Positions 24,901 to 37,800 of a stretch of 64,000 bases of DNA are shown here, one piece after another. The notes beneath the pieces are model-generated. The model had not been told where the DNA came from. It worked only from the letters and a program-made list of their open reading frames with translations, and ran no database searches. Numbering within the stretch: the first letter of the stretch is position 1; each line of letters opens with the position of its first letter. The position numbers and the translations under genes were made by a program. The DNA comes from Phoronis australis (Eukaryota > Animalia > Phoronida). The DNA lies in NCBI GenBank assembly GCA_002633005.1, contig NMRA01000057.1, positions 527,275 through 591,274 on the forward strand, read 5' to 3'.

Positions 24901-27900
24901 TCATGAACAACCTGGACATATTGGGCTCCGTATCCCGAAAATTTGGCTTCACAGAACCAGTTCTACTCCCTTTATAAGGCTAACTGGCAACCTTTCTGTG
25001 CTACATAATGCAAAGCGCGATAACATCACATAATACCCAGCCTGTAAGAACTAGAATACAGTGGCCCAACTGAAACAAATTAACCTGCTCCAACAGAGGA
25101 CTGTCTCTGAACAGATTCCGTCAGCTTTAACATTATGTACTTCACAAATGGTTCCATTCAGATGAGAAAGCAGTATTACCATAAATTCTCTGAGGACTCA
25201 GTGTGGCCTAGAGGGATAATGTCTGCTTTCTTTACTCAAGGCGGTAAGTTCCAATTCCACTAGGGCGCACTGCTAGGCCCTTGAGTAATGTCTCTAGCTC
25301 CTCAGCTCAATTTCAACAATATATATCTAATAAACCATAAAATGGTTCTAGGTGGTCAGTGCAATTGGCGCACCTGAGCGGTCTGCACACGTCTGGTACA
25401 TCATGTACTGCAATTATTTTAGTACATTCTCTGCCTTTCCTTATCATTTGAATCAAGACAACTTTTGTAAAATGTAGCGACATGTTTTGGCGGTAAAACA
25501 TCCAAAACATGCAAAAATACCAGAACAGGATTGGTTTGCAATCAGCGAACCACAGCTCAGTGCAACAGTGTCAACGACTTAATATGGGAAACTTGTGCAC
25601 TGATTGAGGGCATTTCTGAAGACCAAATGTGAATGGATTCATGCAGTTTCAAGCAATAGCGATTAGTATCACTGTCAATGATCATACAGCTGTGTTACCT
25701 AGCAGCCTCTTCTGGTATTTTTACACGTTTTGGAATTTTCTGTCTATTGTACCTGTAGCCATCTTGACATCCATTCTCTGAATAAAGCTTGACAATGGTG
25801 AATGTTTTACCACCGAAATATGTCGCTATATTTTAGAAAAGTTGTTGTCTTTATTCAAACTTTTCTCGTGTTTGTCAGTTTGAGATCTTTCGTTATCATT
25901 TAAAGTAGAGCTGTGTGAAGACTTGGAGCCACTAGGATCCCAGTGGTCATCCAGTAAGTACATTGAGTAACAAGGGTCTAACAAATGCCTTTCATTCAAT
26001 GAAACTTACCTTGAACAGCGTAGGAGGTGAACAGTGCAGTAGCGACTGAACCCAAGAATCCCATTGGCTGGTTGTGCGTCATTCGTCCACTTTCTGTAGC
26101 CACGGCAACCAAGTGATCAATGTCCTCAGATCTGAGAAGTGTAAAGCAAGATCACATGCATTATAAGAAAAACATGCATGGGGTCACAATAAACTTTTCT
26201 CGTGAATGTAATGGGCTTAAGGGAAACAGCTTAGTTTGACATAAGCTACACACAGCTGCCATCTCCAAAACCTTACTTTCAGTTCATGTTTTGGAGTGGA
26301 ACCGTTATATCCTTATTTGTTAATGTGACATTACAGTAAAAGAGTTCCATATTAGAGGTCATGATATTTAAAATTAATATCAAAACTCCGCATTGCATGA
26401 AAGCTTTAAAATTTTTAGTAAAAACTGTAAGACACGATTAGTCTTCAAAAAAACTCATGCCTTCAACCATTGAAGCAAACAAATTTTACAATCAATGCGA
26501 GAGCTGCACCATGATAACCAAACTGATCCACCTGAGCACGATGACTCACTTCTGGGATAATTCATGAGCAGCCAGTTTTGGAAATTGTTCATTAAGTCTC
26601 CTTTATTATTAGCAATGAAAGTTGACATGACGTCTGCTCACCTGGGATACCGTAGCCCTATACACATGGCCCTCATGGCAGCACCACATCCGGCTCCCCT
26701 GCAAGGAACATTTGGTAAAAGTCCCTATCTCGTCTGATTAGCTTCCGAACTGCAGCAAAACTTACACACTAAAAAATTGGAATTTATCCCATATTTTACG
26801 CTTTATTCGTATAAAACAATTGAAGCTCAGGAAGTTTCCCAGTTGATCCCACAGTAAATGATCTGAATAATAAATACCTCCGAGGGCATAATGGACGGTG
26901 ATGGTTGGTTTATGGTATGACAGACAGACTCAATTTGTGTAAAGATCCCATAGTACATCAAAAGAAATACCAAAATTGATCTTAATTTTATATTTTTTTG
27001 TTTTTGAAAAGTTTCTAATATTCTTTCAAATGACTTTGTCCACAATTTCTCAGAAACATTGTCTGAAGGTACCTATGGCGTAGACCTTTAAAATGGTACA
27101 GCATTTATTAGGTGCTACCTATCTTATTAAAAAATGAAAACATAAAATTTCACCATATTGTGTCCTAATTTGGTGAGATTTTGCCGTACGTGCACTTTTA
27201 ATTCTGTTGAGAGTGTTCATGTGTTCAGTTCCCGTTCATGAAACCCACTTTTCTAGGTCACTTTGGCATCAAATCTAACACCAACTAAGTTAAATTGGTA
27301 AAGAATTCATAAAAAATGTCATCGGTAAACGACATTGTGGATTCATTCTCAGAGGGCAAATATCACAGTTCACTCGACAGCGGTTTAAGACCTCTAAAAC
27401 CACTGAAAACCTACAACAAATTACCTCTAGTCTTTTCGCCCATGGGGCATACATCACACTATCCCTCCAGAGACCGGGGACTCGCTCCACAAAGAGATCA
27501 AAAAGCGCATAATAAATTTTTCAGTCCACAATTTTTCAGCTTCGCAGGATATGAGGCTTGTGGTTTTGCATGAAGTGAGATTCCCATTAGCGTAATTGCG
27601 TGGTTTGATGTTCACCACGGCGTATCAAGTAACACAGCCGCTAACAGTAATATTCCTGCTAAATTTGACACACAGGAGTAAAGCAGTATTCCTAGCATAA
27701 AAATGCAAGTAAGAATTCCGCTAATGGAGAATAGCAAGTTTCTGAGTATTTATGCGGTAATCATGAGCATGTGAATGGCTCTACAAGGTACATCTACAGG
27801 GTACATCACCAACCATGGATTGTATGGACGTCTAAACCCAAGTTCCTTTGTTGAATCCAATTCGCTGGCAGCAAACAAACAGGTATTGCCTAGAAAACAT

Positions 27901-30900
27901 TGTTGATAACAGCTATTGGACCTGGACAAACTAATCGACTTCTAAAACATGATTATAGTAAAATATTAAAGATATTTTGAATGCTACATCAGTGCATAAA
28001 ATTCCAATTTCAAAACAAGACGAAATAAAAAGCAGTTTATTAACTGTAGCCAAAACTTACACTGAGCTTCATTTTGGCCACAGTATAACCATAAAAAACA
28101 AGTAGTGTTAGCCTTTTATTGCATTATCGCAAACTCCATTTTTGTGACACAAAACAAAACATTCAACATTTACGATTGTGTGAAACAAGATGTTCCCAAG
28201 TAAAAGTCATATTATTGAATCATTAGTCAATATTTAAGAATTAAAACTGCTTCAAAAACTTTGCAAATACCTTGAAATCGGTTATGCATTGTTTTCTTGG
28301 AACAAAGTCAATTTGACCTGATGCACAATGTACAAGGCAAATGGGTGCATGAGAAGAAAGCGAGTGTGTCTTATTCAAAACTGATCAAATTCTCTGTAGT
28401 GTGCTCATAACTTCACAAGGAAGCAGCTTATACAGAAAGGACCAAGACTGCTCAATACAGTATCGAAGCTTGTACAAATTTCACAGCATTCTCTAGGGGT
28501 ATTAAAATGACTGACGCAAGGTGTACACAAGTCAAGTAGCCCATCAGGGAAGGGACAACAGTTTTCCTCACTAAGAGCTACATTGTATTTCCCAATCATT
28601 ACTGTGTGCTTACCAGATGGGAATCCAATGGGCACATACCACAGTGCATTGACTTTTATGAGGGACTTCTTTTATCTGGGTATTAGGGGTCAGGGATATG
28701 TGTGGGAAAATCGATGTAAGTTTCTAAAAGAATATAGATTTATTAGTTTTTCTCATCAAGCAAGTAGCTTTTTGTTGGCCTACCTGGTGCCCGGCCACTC
28801 ATGTCATGAACACAGTCAATGTACTTCTGTGCAAGAAGTGAGTACAGGTTGTTATTAGGCTCATCGGGACCGTGGGAAATCAGAGCTGGAAACAAGAGAT
28901 GAAAGAGTGCTTACCATTTCTGTTCATCAAAACTTATCTTGTACATGGACTGACTGTACATAAGTATTCTAGTGTCAGTAGGTCAAAGACAATTATTTGC
29001 GCAGCAAAAATTAGTGGTTTTTACAACTTTGCATATGCATACCAACGGATGTTTTCGTGGTTCATATTGAGAACAAACTTATAAGGGGAGAATTATCCGT
29101 GGCTGGTTTCGAAAATTTCACTTGCTTTGAAAATATGCACATGCTGCCAAATTGTTTCAATTTTAATTTTGTTTTTAACCTGGGTAGCTTCTTGGGTTTG
29201 CTTAAAATTGAGAAGTCAGAACCAAAAATATGCGCATAAGATTGAAATTTAAGTTCAAACCTCAGTCTTAATAGTTTTGGCCCTGAATTTAAGATTGCTT
29301 ACCTTCAGCAGTGGCCAGATGCATGACAGTGTCGTCACTGACTCTCCACCCAGGCACTAATACAAGAGAAACAGAATTACATGACAAAGGCAACCAATGG
29401 CGGTTAAAGTCGCTTTCCCACTGGGAGAAAAAAATTTCGCTTTTACCAAAGTTTTGACAAGTGGGAAACGTTAACTCAGGTAGTTAATCTGCAAGCAAAA
29501 CTTCACTTAAAGTAGCAGGATTTAAAGGCGAAGCTTTGGTACTCACCAAAACTTCAGTTTAGAGGGAATAGTCAAAACGAAGCTTCATTCTCGATATGGC
29601 TGTTTAGTCAGAAAGGTAAGCGAAGTTTCAGTGAAGCTTCGGTAAACCGAAGTTCCCCTAATGGGAAAGCGACCTAAAACACCCCTTTTGGACAAAGCTT
29701 ATTACTAGAAATGCACTTTCCTCACTTGCACAGACTTTGTCAATTGACCACAATTTTTCAAAACATTGTCTGATAGTAGCTTAGATGACCATGAAGATCA
29801 AGACCAATAAAATGGCACTAGACATATTTTATGGGAACATTTACTATAGATAACAAAAATTTGTAATTTGTCCGCGACATTTTGCTCAAAACAAGTGGGA
29901 ATTTTACGCATCAATTGTCACTTAGACATTATCGAAATTCCAGTACATCAAAACTCTATCCCAAATCCCTTGCACCTTCCAATAACTCCTCTCTGGTAGC
30001 ACTGACATTGGAGATACCGCTAGTTTTAGGAATTGAACACTCGATGGCATAGTTGAATTGCAGTATTGATTGAATGTACATAGACATGTACCACATGTCC
30101 AGATTACTCTAGTCAGAGTGGAGTTCATTGCCTTGTGCAGTGCAGGGGAGTTGTGCTACTTCAATCCACTTAGTTTTAAAGGAGTTGCGATTAATTGTTT
30201 AAGACCAGGATTTACACTTTCCTGTAAACTGAAATTCTGCAAAACAGGATAGTAGTGGTGTTAGCGGGAAAGTAACCAAATTGACCAATGAGTGAGGTCA
30301 ATGAAAGTTGGTCACCTCATATGGGCACTGCACTATATGTGGTGCATGGTCTTGGGACACATCTTGCCTATGACTACATCATAGTTGTCAACATTCCAAA
30401 ATAAAATACATGATGTCCCATCTGAGTTACCGCAAGGGAAAAACCTCCACGGGAACATCCAGGAACATCCTGTCAGAGGGATTTTTTACTATTATTTTCA
30501 TATTTTATACTTACCCAATATCAAAGAGTGGATAACCGTAATGGCATTCTCCCCTTGATCTCATATTGCTAGATCCCGTTGCAAATGAACAAGTTGGCCC
30601 CTTGACCACTGTAGCCAGTATCTTACATAATTGACTAACTCTATTGTGGTATTTATGGTTGGAGGATCAGCTATCTTTTGTTCGATAATTGCTCTAATCA
30701 TGACAAGATCCTATATAGCATGACTGGGGTGTGCTGCTAAAAATAGCAGACAAGTTATAATTTTGTGTGATAAATCAATAACTATTCTAAATTCAGTTCC
30801 TAGTCAAATGCTGATCATATTTAGCTTTTGAATTTACATAAATTTGCCAACTACAATGAAGTTATTAATAAGAGAATCTATTATGTCCCAAGGAATTACA

Positions 30901-31339
30901 CTTTCAGTAACCTTTGATGCGTGGTAGATACTAATTGGCTTGCATGTTGTCTTAACAGACAAAAGATTGCCCTTAACAGTTAGAAAGCCCTAATGCATGA
31001 GAATAAAACTATTTAGTCAAGTCCTGACAAAGAGTGTACTGCCAATATTGTCAATGTCAAAATGCAGGACATTGCGACAGGCTGGGACGTCCTTCCAATC
31101 ATGTAGCGGAAGAGTTGGAAACTTAACGAACAATTTCCACAAAATCACCAATATTGCAAATTGCTGTACAGCAAGAACAAAAACTTACATTCAACTTTGA
31201 TCTTCACAACACCTCCAAGTTTTTTAACTTCTCTGTGAATATCTGGACCACTCTTGTTAAATTCGAAATCTCCATTTTTATAGCCCAATGCATCTCCAGT
31301 CCCACTCAACAGCATGGACGCCAGATAGCGAGACTCCAT
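21922..31339 (-). CDS. ADPRH: ADP-ribosylarginine hydrolase (ARH1-like, ADP-ribosylglycohydrolase family), 9 coding exons
   Basis: Exons (minus strand) 31339-31189, 29356-29303, 28885-28784, 27889-27814, 26698-26642, 26131-26010, 24242-24137, 22901-22722 and 22147-21922 splice in frame with GT/AG. Motifs: [105 protein letters not shown]. Confidence 0.93.
23045..23860. repeat. Composite dispersed repeat with aaatttcatgaaaat / gccactag(g/a)gggc submotifs; related copies at ~10270-10340, 38490-38650, 43750-44650 and 48990-49520
   Basis: The same submotifs recur in either orientation at all listed loci. Possibly a non-autonomous Helitron/Helentron-type element (inference). Boundaries are approximate. 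Confidence 0.55.
25190..25420 (+). mobile_element. tRNA-derived SINE (copy 1)
   Basis: A-box-like gtggcctagagg, degenerate B box aagttccaattcc, then a body (tagctcctcagctc...aggtggtcagtgcaa...ctgcacac.tct.gtac) shared with 34220-34460. Confidence 0.7.
25446..25860. mobile_element. Non-autonomous element with long imperfect terminal inverted repeats (MITE-like)
   Basis: tttgaatcaagacaactttt.taaaat.tagcgacat.ttt.g.ggtaaaacat...aaaaataccagaa is mirrored by ttctggtattttt...atgttttaccaccgaaatatgtcgctatattttagaaaagttg...ttcaaa. Confidence 0.65.
29408..29673. mobile_element. MITE, probably PIF/Harbinger-type
   Basis: TIRs gtcgctttcccactggg / cctaatgggaaagcgac, flanked by TAA on both sides. Internal gaagctt/gaagtt subrepeats. 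Confidence 0.7.
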
Positions 31340-31810
31340 ACCTGGAAGAGTCGAATATTTAAGCATTAACCTGGCCCATTTCATGGCACCTTGTATTTCT
31401 ATAGCCACTGTTGTCAAGAAGCAGTTCATCTGCGCAAGAGCATTGGCCTTTTGTGGAGAGCAGAGGAACCACGACATTAGCAATGATGTCAAGAAACTAA
31501 CAGCACCAGGTCTCGCTGTTGAGCCGTTCTGTCTCTACACTGTGTGAATTGTCACGGTCCTCATGGCCACATCTGTCCCATGACCCGCCTCTGTACCAGT
31601 GGAAGACAGGATGCACTGCGTCATCAGTTACGCAGTCCTTACCCCCGGGTGGGTGATGACCAATTTGAGGTTTGTCGACCTTTGTTCTGCTGCTGGAAAG
31701 AGTGCATCTGAACGTGGGGTGAGGTGCACGCGAAGAGAAACTAATTACTAAGAGATGTTTTAAAATGCACATTTCCACATAAGCCTTTAACCGGGGGGTC
31801 ACTCATAATG

Positions 31811-32040
31811 ACAAGGTGCCCGTTGGTATGTACCAAAAATTGAGGGTAGACGGTACTTTCTCAGAAAGTCTTGCAGGACCCACGCAAGGTCCAATGGGGC
31901 AATAGGTTCCTAAATTTCCATTTCGTGAGGTGAGGCAGAAAAATCTACCCGGCAAAAGGGGGTACGCGGGGATTAGCAGATCTGGTATCCAATATAGGGG
32001 GTCTCTCAGCAATTTTTGGTACATGCCTGGGGACACCTTG
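31811..32040. mobile_element. MITE family (TIR CAAGGTGCCC); second copy at 55417-55613
   Basis: Starts caaggtgcccg and ends ggacaccttg. The internal gtgaggcagaaaaatctaccc...gattagcaga...ctcagcaatttttg is shared with the 55.5 kb copy. Confidence 0.75.
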
Positions 32041-32267
32041 TCAATAAGACTGGCGCCCGGGGTCTTTCCCTATCATTCATTCATGCCATTCATGGCGCCG
32101 CTGTTCACAAGCCGACACTATGGAAACCAACACTGCAGGTTTCTGGGCCAACAGTCATTAGGTAAAACGTATTTATTAGCTCTCGGTTGACTGGTTAGAG
32201 CCAACACATTTTCAAACAGCTTTAATTCTATTTGACGGAACTATAAATGTCTTATTCTAGTACTTAC

Positions 32268-32571
32268 TCTTGCTCATGTGGGCCAAAACACAGAACACGG
32301 AAGTCAAATATATATTTCCGATAGATGGCGAATCCGTGACCTTGCGTCGGCCTTGACCGAGAAATGCAAATTTTCTCACGGTCAAAGATTTTTGTCACGA
32401 TGTTGCGGACGGAAGCCAGCGAAACTCAGCGCGAGTTTTGTACTGCAGTGTAATATGTTGTTATTTTGGAGCACTTTCTGTGATTTTTATAAACCCATTG
32501 TAGCTGACAATGTAATCCTCGTTCTACGGAGCTTCAGGCAGTTTTCTTTGATGAAAAGCTGTAGTACACAT
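32268..32571. promoter_or_regulatory. Putative bidirectional promoter with divergent non-coding first exons of ADPRH (-) and the STAND-TPR gene (+)
   Basis: CpG-enriched patch bounded by outward-facing GTAAGT donors (minus strand 32267-32262; plus strand 32572-32577). ETS-type CGGAAG at 32298 and 32410, YY1-type AGATGGCG at 32323. Both flanking genes have a splice acceptor just before their ATG (31343/31342; 34815), so each needs an upstream exon. Confidence 0.6.
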
Positions 32572-33073
32572 GTAAGTTAGTAAAATGTTTTTAGTGTATA
32601 GTATACGGGTCACGAGAGCAACAAAACAACCACTTCAAGTGGCACTTGACACTTCTACGACCAGCCAGTTCTATTAGGCCTAAACGTCATTTTCTTGCAC
32701 AGTTATCCAGCTTTTGTCACAAAGAAAAGCCTTTCGCCCATGAACAAACATATAACCCTCTTGACATGCGCATGCTCCATTTGCTCATTTTTGCGACGTA
32801 TATTTCTTAAGTTGATGACAGCTTTGCCAACGCAAACCAATTCCAAGAATTTGTTGTGACGTGTACATGATGCACACGACCTTGTGGAGGAAAAACAGGT
32901 TGACTAACTGAAAGCCAGCTTAAGGCTGGGACTACGGGGGAACCGTATGGTAGGTGATCCGTAACTTAAGGTTTGGCGTTCGAATTCGTTAGAATTTTCA
33001 CGATTGTCACAAACGAAGGTCACCAGGGCAACGTACTTCATATTTTGCAATTTATCAGCGCGGAACTTACCTG

Positions 33074-33195
33074 GGCACTAGTCGGATATAATGGACCCTG
33101 ATTTAGAGAACCAGTTTGATCCATTAAGTAACAGCCGTTATTTAGTGGATGAAACGGGTTCTCTGAGTCACGGTCCATTATATCCGACTAGTGCC
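33074..33195. repeat. ~120 bp near-perfect palindrome (fold-back element)
   Basis: ggcactagtcggatataatggacc...ggtccattatatccgactagtgcc. The arms of ~59 nt pair almost to the centre. Confidence 0.92.
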
Positions 33196-33327
33196 ACTTA
33201 TCCAAATAGTCTATTATTTACCTGCAATATTTTTTAAAAAATGAAATTAGATGCATTTTTTAATTCTGAACCAAACATATTTGAAATCGCCTTAGTATTG
33301 TTCTGCCAGGTGTCACATTTACTTCAC

Positions 33328-33390
33328 CATTGCTGGTACAGCGTTCTCATTGCTGGTACAGCGTTCTCATTGCTGGTACAGCGTTCTCAC
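33328..33390. repeat. Tandem repeat, 3 x ~20 bp (cattgctggtacagcgttct)
   Basis: Three exact head-to-tail copies. Confidence 0.9.
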
Positions 33391-34219
33391 AAATGGACTG
33401 TGTTGTTAAAAATAAAAGTTAAGTTATAAGATGTTTGAACATAAACCAATAACATTCCTGAACTCCTCATCAAATGCTGACCATGGTTAGTTTTTGAATC
33501 ACCAAAATCGCCCAACTACAACCGAATGTAAGACAGTCTATTCTGCCCGAACTTATACCAACGCTCTTAAGTTTGAGTGTGGTCACATGTGGTCAGTAAT
33601 AAGCCTGGTAGATAATTGGCCTGCATGTTGTCATACCTGCATTTTGTCATACCTGACATAAGACTATGCTCAGCAGTTAACAAACGAGATAGATGTCATT
33701 ATCACATGCTCACAACCCCCCCCCCTCTATGTCTAGTAAAGTCACTGAACTTGGAGAACGCCCTAATGATGACATACACATGCTCTTCAATGTTTTGTTT
33801 GACTATCAGACTCATCAATGAGTGTATTTTAAACAAAATATGAAAGACCAATGACTATTACTAAGTGTTTCCGTGCTACATGTGATTAGAAATCACATTT
33901 GTAAAAAGTTAAATTCTCTTGTCTGATTTTGGAACAACTTTAAAAGAAACTTTTGGTGGAATTTGTCTTTGAAGCCCCAGCTGTAACAAGAAGATTCACA
34001 GAGGTTGCTAATTTGGTTTATTCCTGTTTGAATTAGTTCCCCTAATCAGTAGTGGATTAATTAGTATTGAGTGGGATATAAATGCGCGCAACTTGAGAAA
34101 TTCATGAAAAAATGGCATAGTTTGAATGACTTTCGGTTCTGACTGGGGTAACACCAGTTGATCTATTTGAGTCAAGAACGAAAAATTCTGAACTATGTGG
34201 TTGGCATCTCTAAAAGGCA

Positions 34220-34460
34220 GAGGAGGCAGTGTGACCTAGTGCGATAGGTGCCTACTTTCTTTACTAGAAGTCCGGGGTTTGAGTCCTACTGGACCACGCT
34301 GCTCGACTCCTGAGTCAGGTTTGTAGCTCCTCAGCTCGGTTTTAACTAAAAATTAGTAAAGCATAAAAATAGTTCCAGGTGGTCAGTGCAATGGCCGAAT
34401 TGTCCCACATGCACAGCCTGCACACATCTAGTACGACGTGTACCAGACCGCCTGCAATTA
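34220..34460 (+). mobile_element. tRNA-derived SINE (copy 2)
   Basis: A box gtgacctagtgcg, B box ggtttgagtcc; the body is homologous to 25190-25420. Confidence 0.72.
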
Positions 34461-34834
34461 AAAATAATCTCTAAAATTCTGTCATTTTTCTCAACCGCCT
34501 CTATTGGTTTTGTTCATATGTAACTTTTAAAACTAAAATAGTTATTTCTGATTAAAGTCTCGGGTTGTACCTTATATAATTATGGAAAGTTTCTAATAGT
34601 GTTTTTGACATCAGTTCTTAAATTTGCCGTATCTGAGATGTGATGCTCTGATGTATCCATTGGAGTTTCATTGGTTACCTCAAATGAATTAAATTAAGCT
34701 TGAACCGTACTTGAGCACCTAACAAGTACATACTCAGGTTACCTGTGTACAAAAAGTTAATTGGTGTGATGTAAGCCTACTGGCAAACAACTTACCTGTT
34801 TTTTACATGTTTCAGCTGCTGATGGTCAACACAG

Positions 34835-37800
34835 ATGGCGTGTGGTGACGATCACATTGGATATGGCCCTCTGAAAGTCGACCCTTTGACCTCTGTGTTG
34901 CGGGATGTTCAGGGTCAACTTGAGGACAAGGAACGTCTTGAATTATTGTTTTTAGTTAATAAACAAATAGGTGATTCCTGCCATACGAAACTGCGTTCTG
35001 AACTCCAAAAAAGAGACAATGAAATGGGTTTCATGGATATCTTTCAGACTTTGAAAACAAAGCTGGGGACCAAATACAAGGCCGTCGAAGTGTTAATTAA
35101 TGTTTTTAAGGAAACTAAATTGCGCGTGACCTTTGGCAGCAATATAGGCAAGCCCATTTACGAGGTTCTGACCCAAGCGTTGAAAGAGTGTGTCAAAGTC
35201 GATCGCGAAACTGGTCAATCAGAGATAGAGCACATCATTGGGAGGGAAGAGGATATGAGGATCGTGATGGAATGGTTACTGTCACCCAATGTTTTAGGTA
35301 GTATATTATGAACTACCGAAAGGTGTTTTTGAGCATGGTGGTCTGAAGCATTGCATTGAGATCTTAGCCACTAATTTTGAGCTACCGTGGTCAAATTTTG
35401 AGCCACCATGCTCACATTTTGAGCTAGTAAATTTTGATTGTCATGTTTTAAGTGGTTATAAACCCACATTCCGTCTTCAAAATCACATGCCATCAGTGGG
35501 GATTGGTTTTAAATTTTTGCTTAATCAAAGTAAAGTTTCAGTGATTTGGCTATGGTAGTAAAGAATTGTTTAGGGCCTCAAATCAGAGGTGGGTCTATGA
35601 TGGGGATTCAGGGGTTTAACCCCCTTGGGACAGGATCAAAAATTCAAATAAAACAAAAAACGTCACCAGGAAAACGAAATCAGCTACAAAAACAAAAAAA
35701 AATCTACGAGGGGGGGAATACCCCCTCCCAACCATCCCTCCACTTGGTGCTAGGCGCCTTGGATTTGCGCAAATCCTAAACCCCCTTTACTGAAAACATA
35801 GATCTGCCACACTGCAAATCATTTGTTTTCAGGTTTTCGCTTTTTTGATACACTACTCAAATTGTTGGTCATAGTGTGTCTAGTTTATAGTCCCTAAAGT
35901 TTTTCATATGACATCATAGATTTGTAGCATTGTTTAGTTGAAGTTTGAAGCAAAGAAAAAATTCAGTTCTTAATTTTCTAGTAGGCTTAATTGTCATATT
36001 TTTTGGCCTGATGACTACACGCAAAGTCGAAATGAAATGCAGCTTAAATTTTCATTATAGCTTTGAGTAGCTTAGTTAAGCTGTAAATTCTTACTTTTTT
36101 GTGCTGAATGCATTTATGAATTATGGTACATAACTATTTGTCTTCGTTTATTCGGAGAAAGTTGATTTCATTCATTTGGTAACCATTTCAGCTGCAAGCA
36201 TTTGTGGAATGCCAGGTATTGGTAAAACCAGTTTAGCCATGAAAGTATGGTTTGCCATGAGGCACGAAGAGAGTTATGATGTCCATGTCATACACTTGAG
36301 GTATTTGTCTACTGGCCTCCATTTCATGACCAGTAACCTAAGACTTAAGTCAGAAAGTTGGTCTTCCGTACTACATAACCATGTTTGAAAAATTATTAAA
36401 TTGTACTTGATCAAAATTTCTTAGAATATAGACATAACTGCAAGCTAACTGAGACACTTTGTATATTTTTATTTCTGAAATGATGAACTTGTGATTACTT
36501 AATTGTTAAATCTTTATTCCACAATTGTGAAGTGAGGGCATCAGACCAAATTTCAGTCTTAATTCACTTTTAATGAAACAGATTCCTGCACTAATCTGGG
36601 TTTTGCCAATTGACATTACGGCTGTTGACATATTACTGGCCGTCATCGTTGGCTGCTGATTAAAGTTAGGTCAAGTTTCCCTAGAAGATAGAGAGGTGAC
36701 TACAAGGTCAAGTTAAGTCAAGTATCCTTGAAAGTAAAGAGGTGCTCAGCAGTTGATTAAATTTACATCTGGTCAAATTTCCCTTGAAAGGTACAGAGGT
36801 GGTCAGCATTTGACTTAAGTTAAGTCAACTCCTTTACTTACACCAAAAGTTTCCACATTGCTTTCATTCAACTTAAACAGTTGCTTCAACAATGGCGACT
36901 TATTTTGTATTCAACTTTCACCGAGTTCATTATGTCGGCTTTCACACTAAAAAAGTGTGATAATGACGAAGGTAGAGCCGAGGAGTCTGAAAGCCAAAAT
37001 CTTGTCTGAGTGTGAAAGTCAATAAATGTGTAATTTTATCACGTATTTCATGGAATAAGACTGCGTAATAGCCTTCTGATCTTGTGTGAATCACTCGTTC
37101 AGTAAGTCAGCTACTATTTTTTTAACCAAAATGCTGTTGAGAGATTTGAAAAAATGTTCAGAAGATGCTCGTAATAAAAAGTGCAGGTGGTCTGATGTGA
37201 TTTGCGGTGCATCAGATGTGCGTAGTCCTCATGGTTGGGCCCAATGCACAAGACACCTGAGCTAAAAACATAAGAGCCTGTCTCGTTTAAGAAAACAATT
37301 AGGCTTTTCTGTTTGTTGCTATGCACTTTATGTTGTAGTTATGCAACAGTGCCATCAAATAAGTTGCTCCTTAGCCTGTAATAAGCCGTGCAAGACTCTA
37401 CCAGGTATTTAAGGGGTTTCAACGTCAGTACCACAGTCGGGCTACACTGGGCTCCCCATATGCCCAGTGATGTGTCTGTGTGGGGCTTGGTTTCCGTAGC
37501 TTGTCAAAATTTGAATAATGTGTCTTATGCCTAATCTATCAAGACTCAAAAGTTTGTTTTTTTTTTGAACCTTTTGGCTTGATCACGTTGGGAAAATTCT
37601 CCTTGGTTTCTCTGGAGGAGTTAAGCAATGACCACTGAGTTGATGACAGGATATGTACCCAATTGCGTTCACCAGCTTCCTGCAGCGCTTAAGTCCACGC
37701 ATATGATGAGTATTGAAAGTCAGTGAATATTATATTTTATCCTTTGAAAGCCCACGGTTTGTGCAATAGCATGATGGAAAGAATCAATGCCTCGTTCGAC

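Noticed and set aside
28915-28990. Possible extra ADPRH exon ending at a GTAAGC donor (28914)
   Set aside because: The candidate acceptors tried give in-frame stops, and the protein is complete without it.
31340-31492. N-terminal extension of the 115-aa ORF upstream of ADPRH MESRY
   Set aside because: Lies upstream of a splice acceptor (ctcttccag) and has no ARH similarity; probably intronic.
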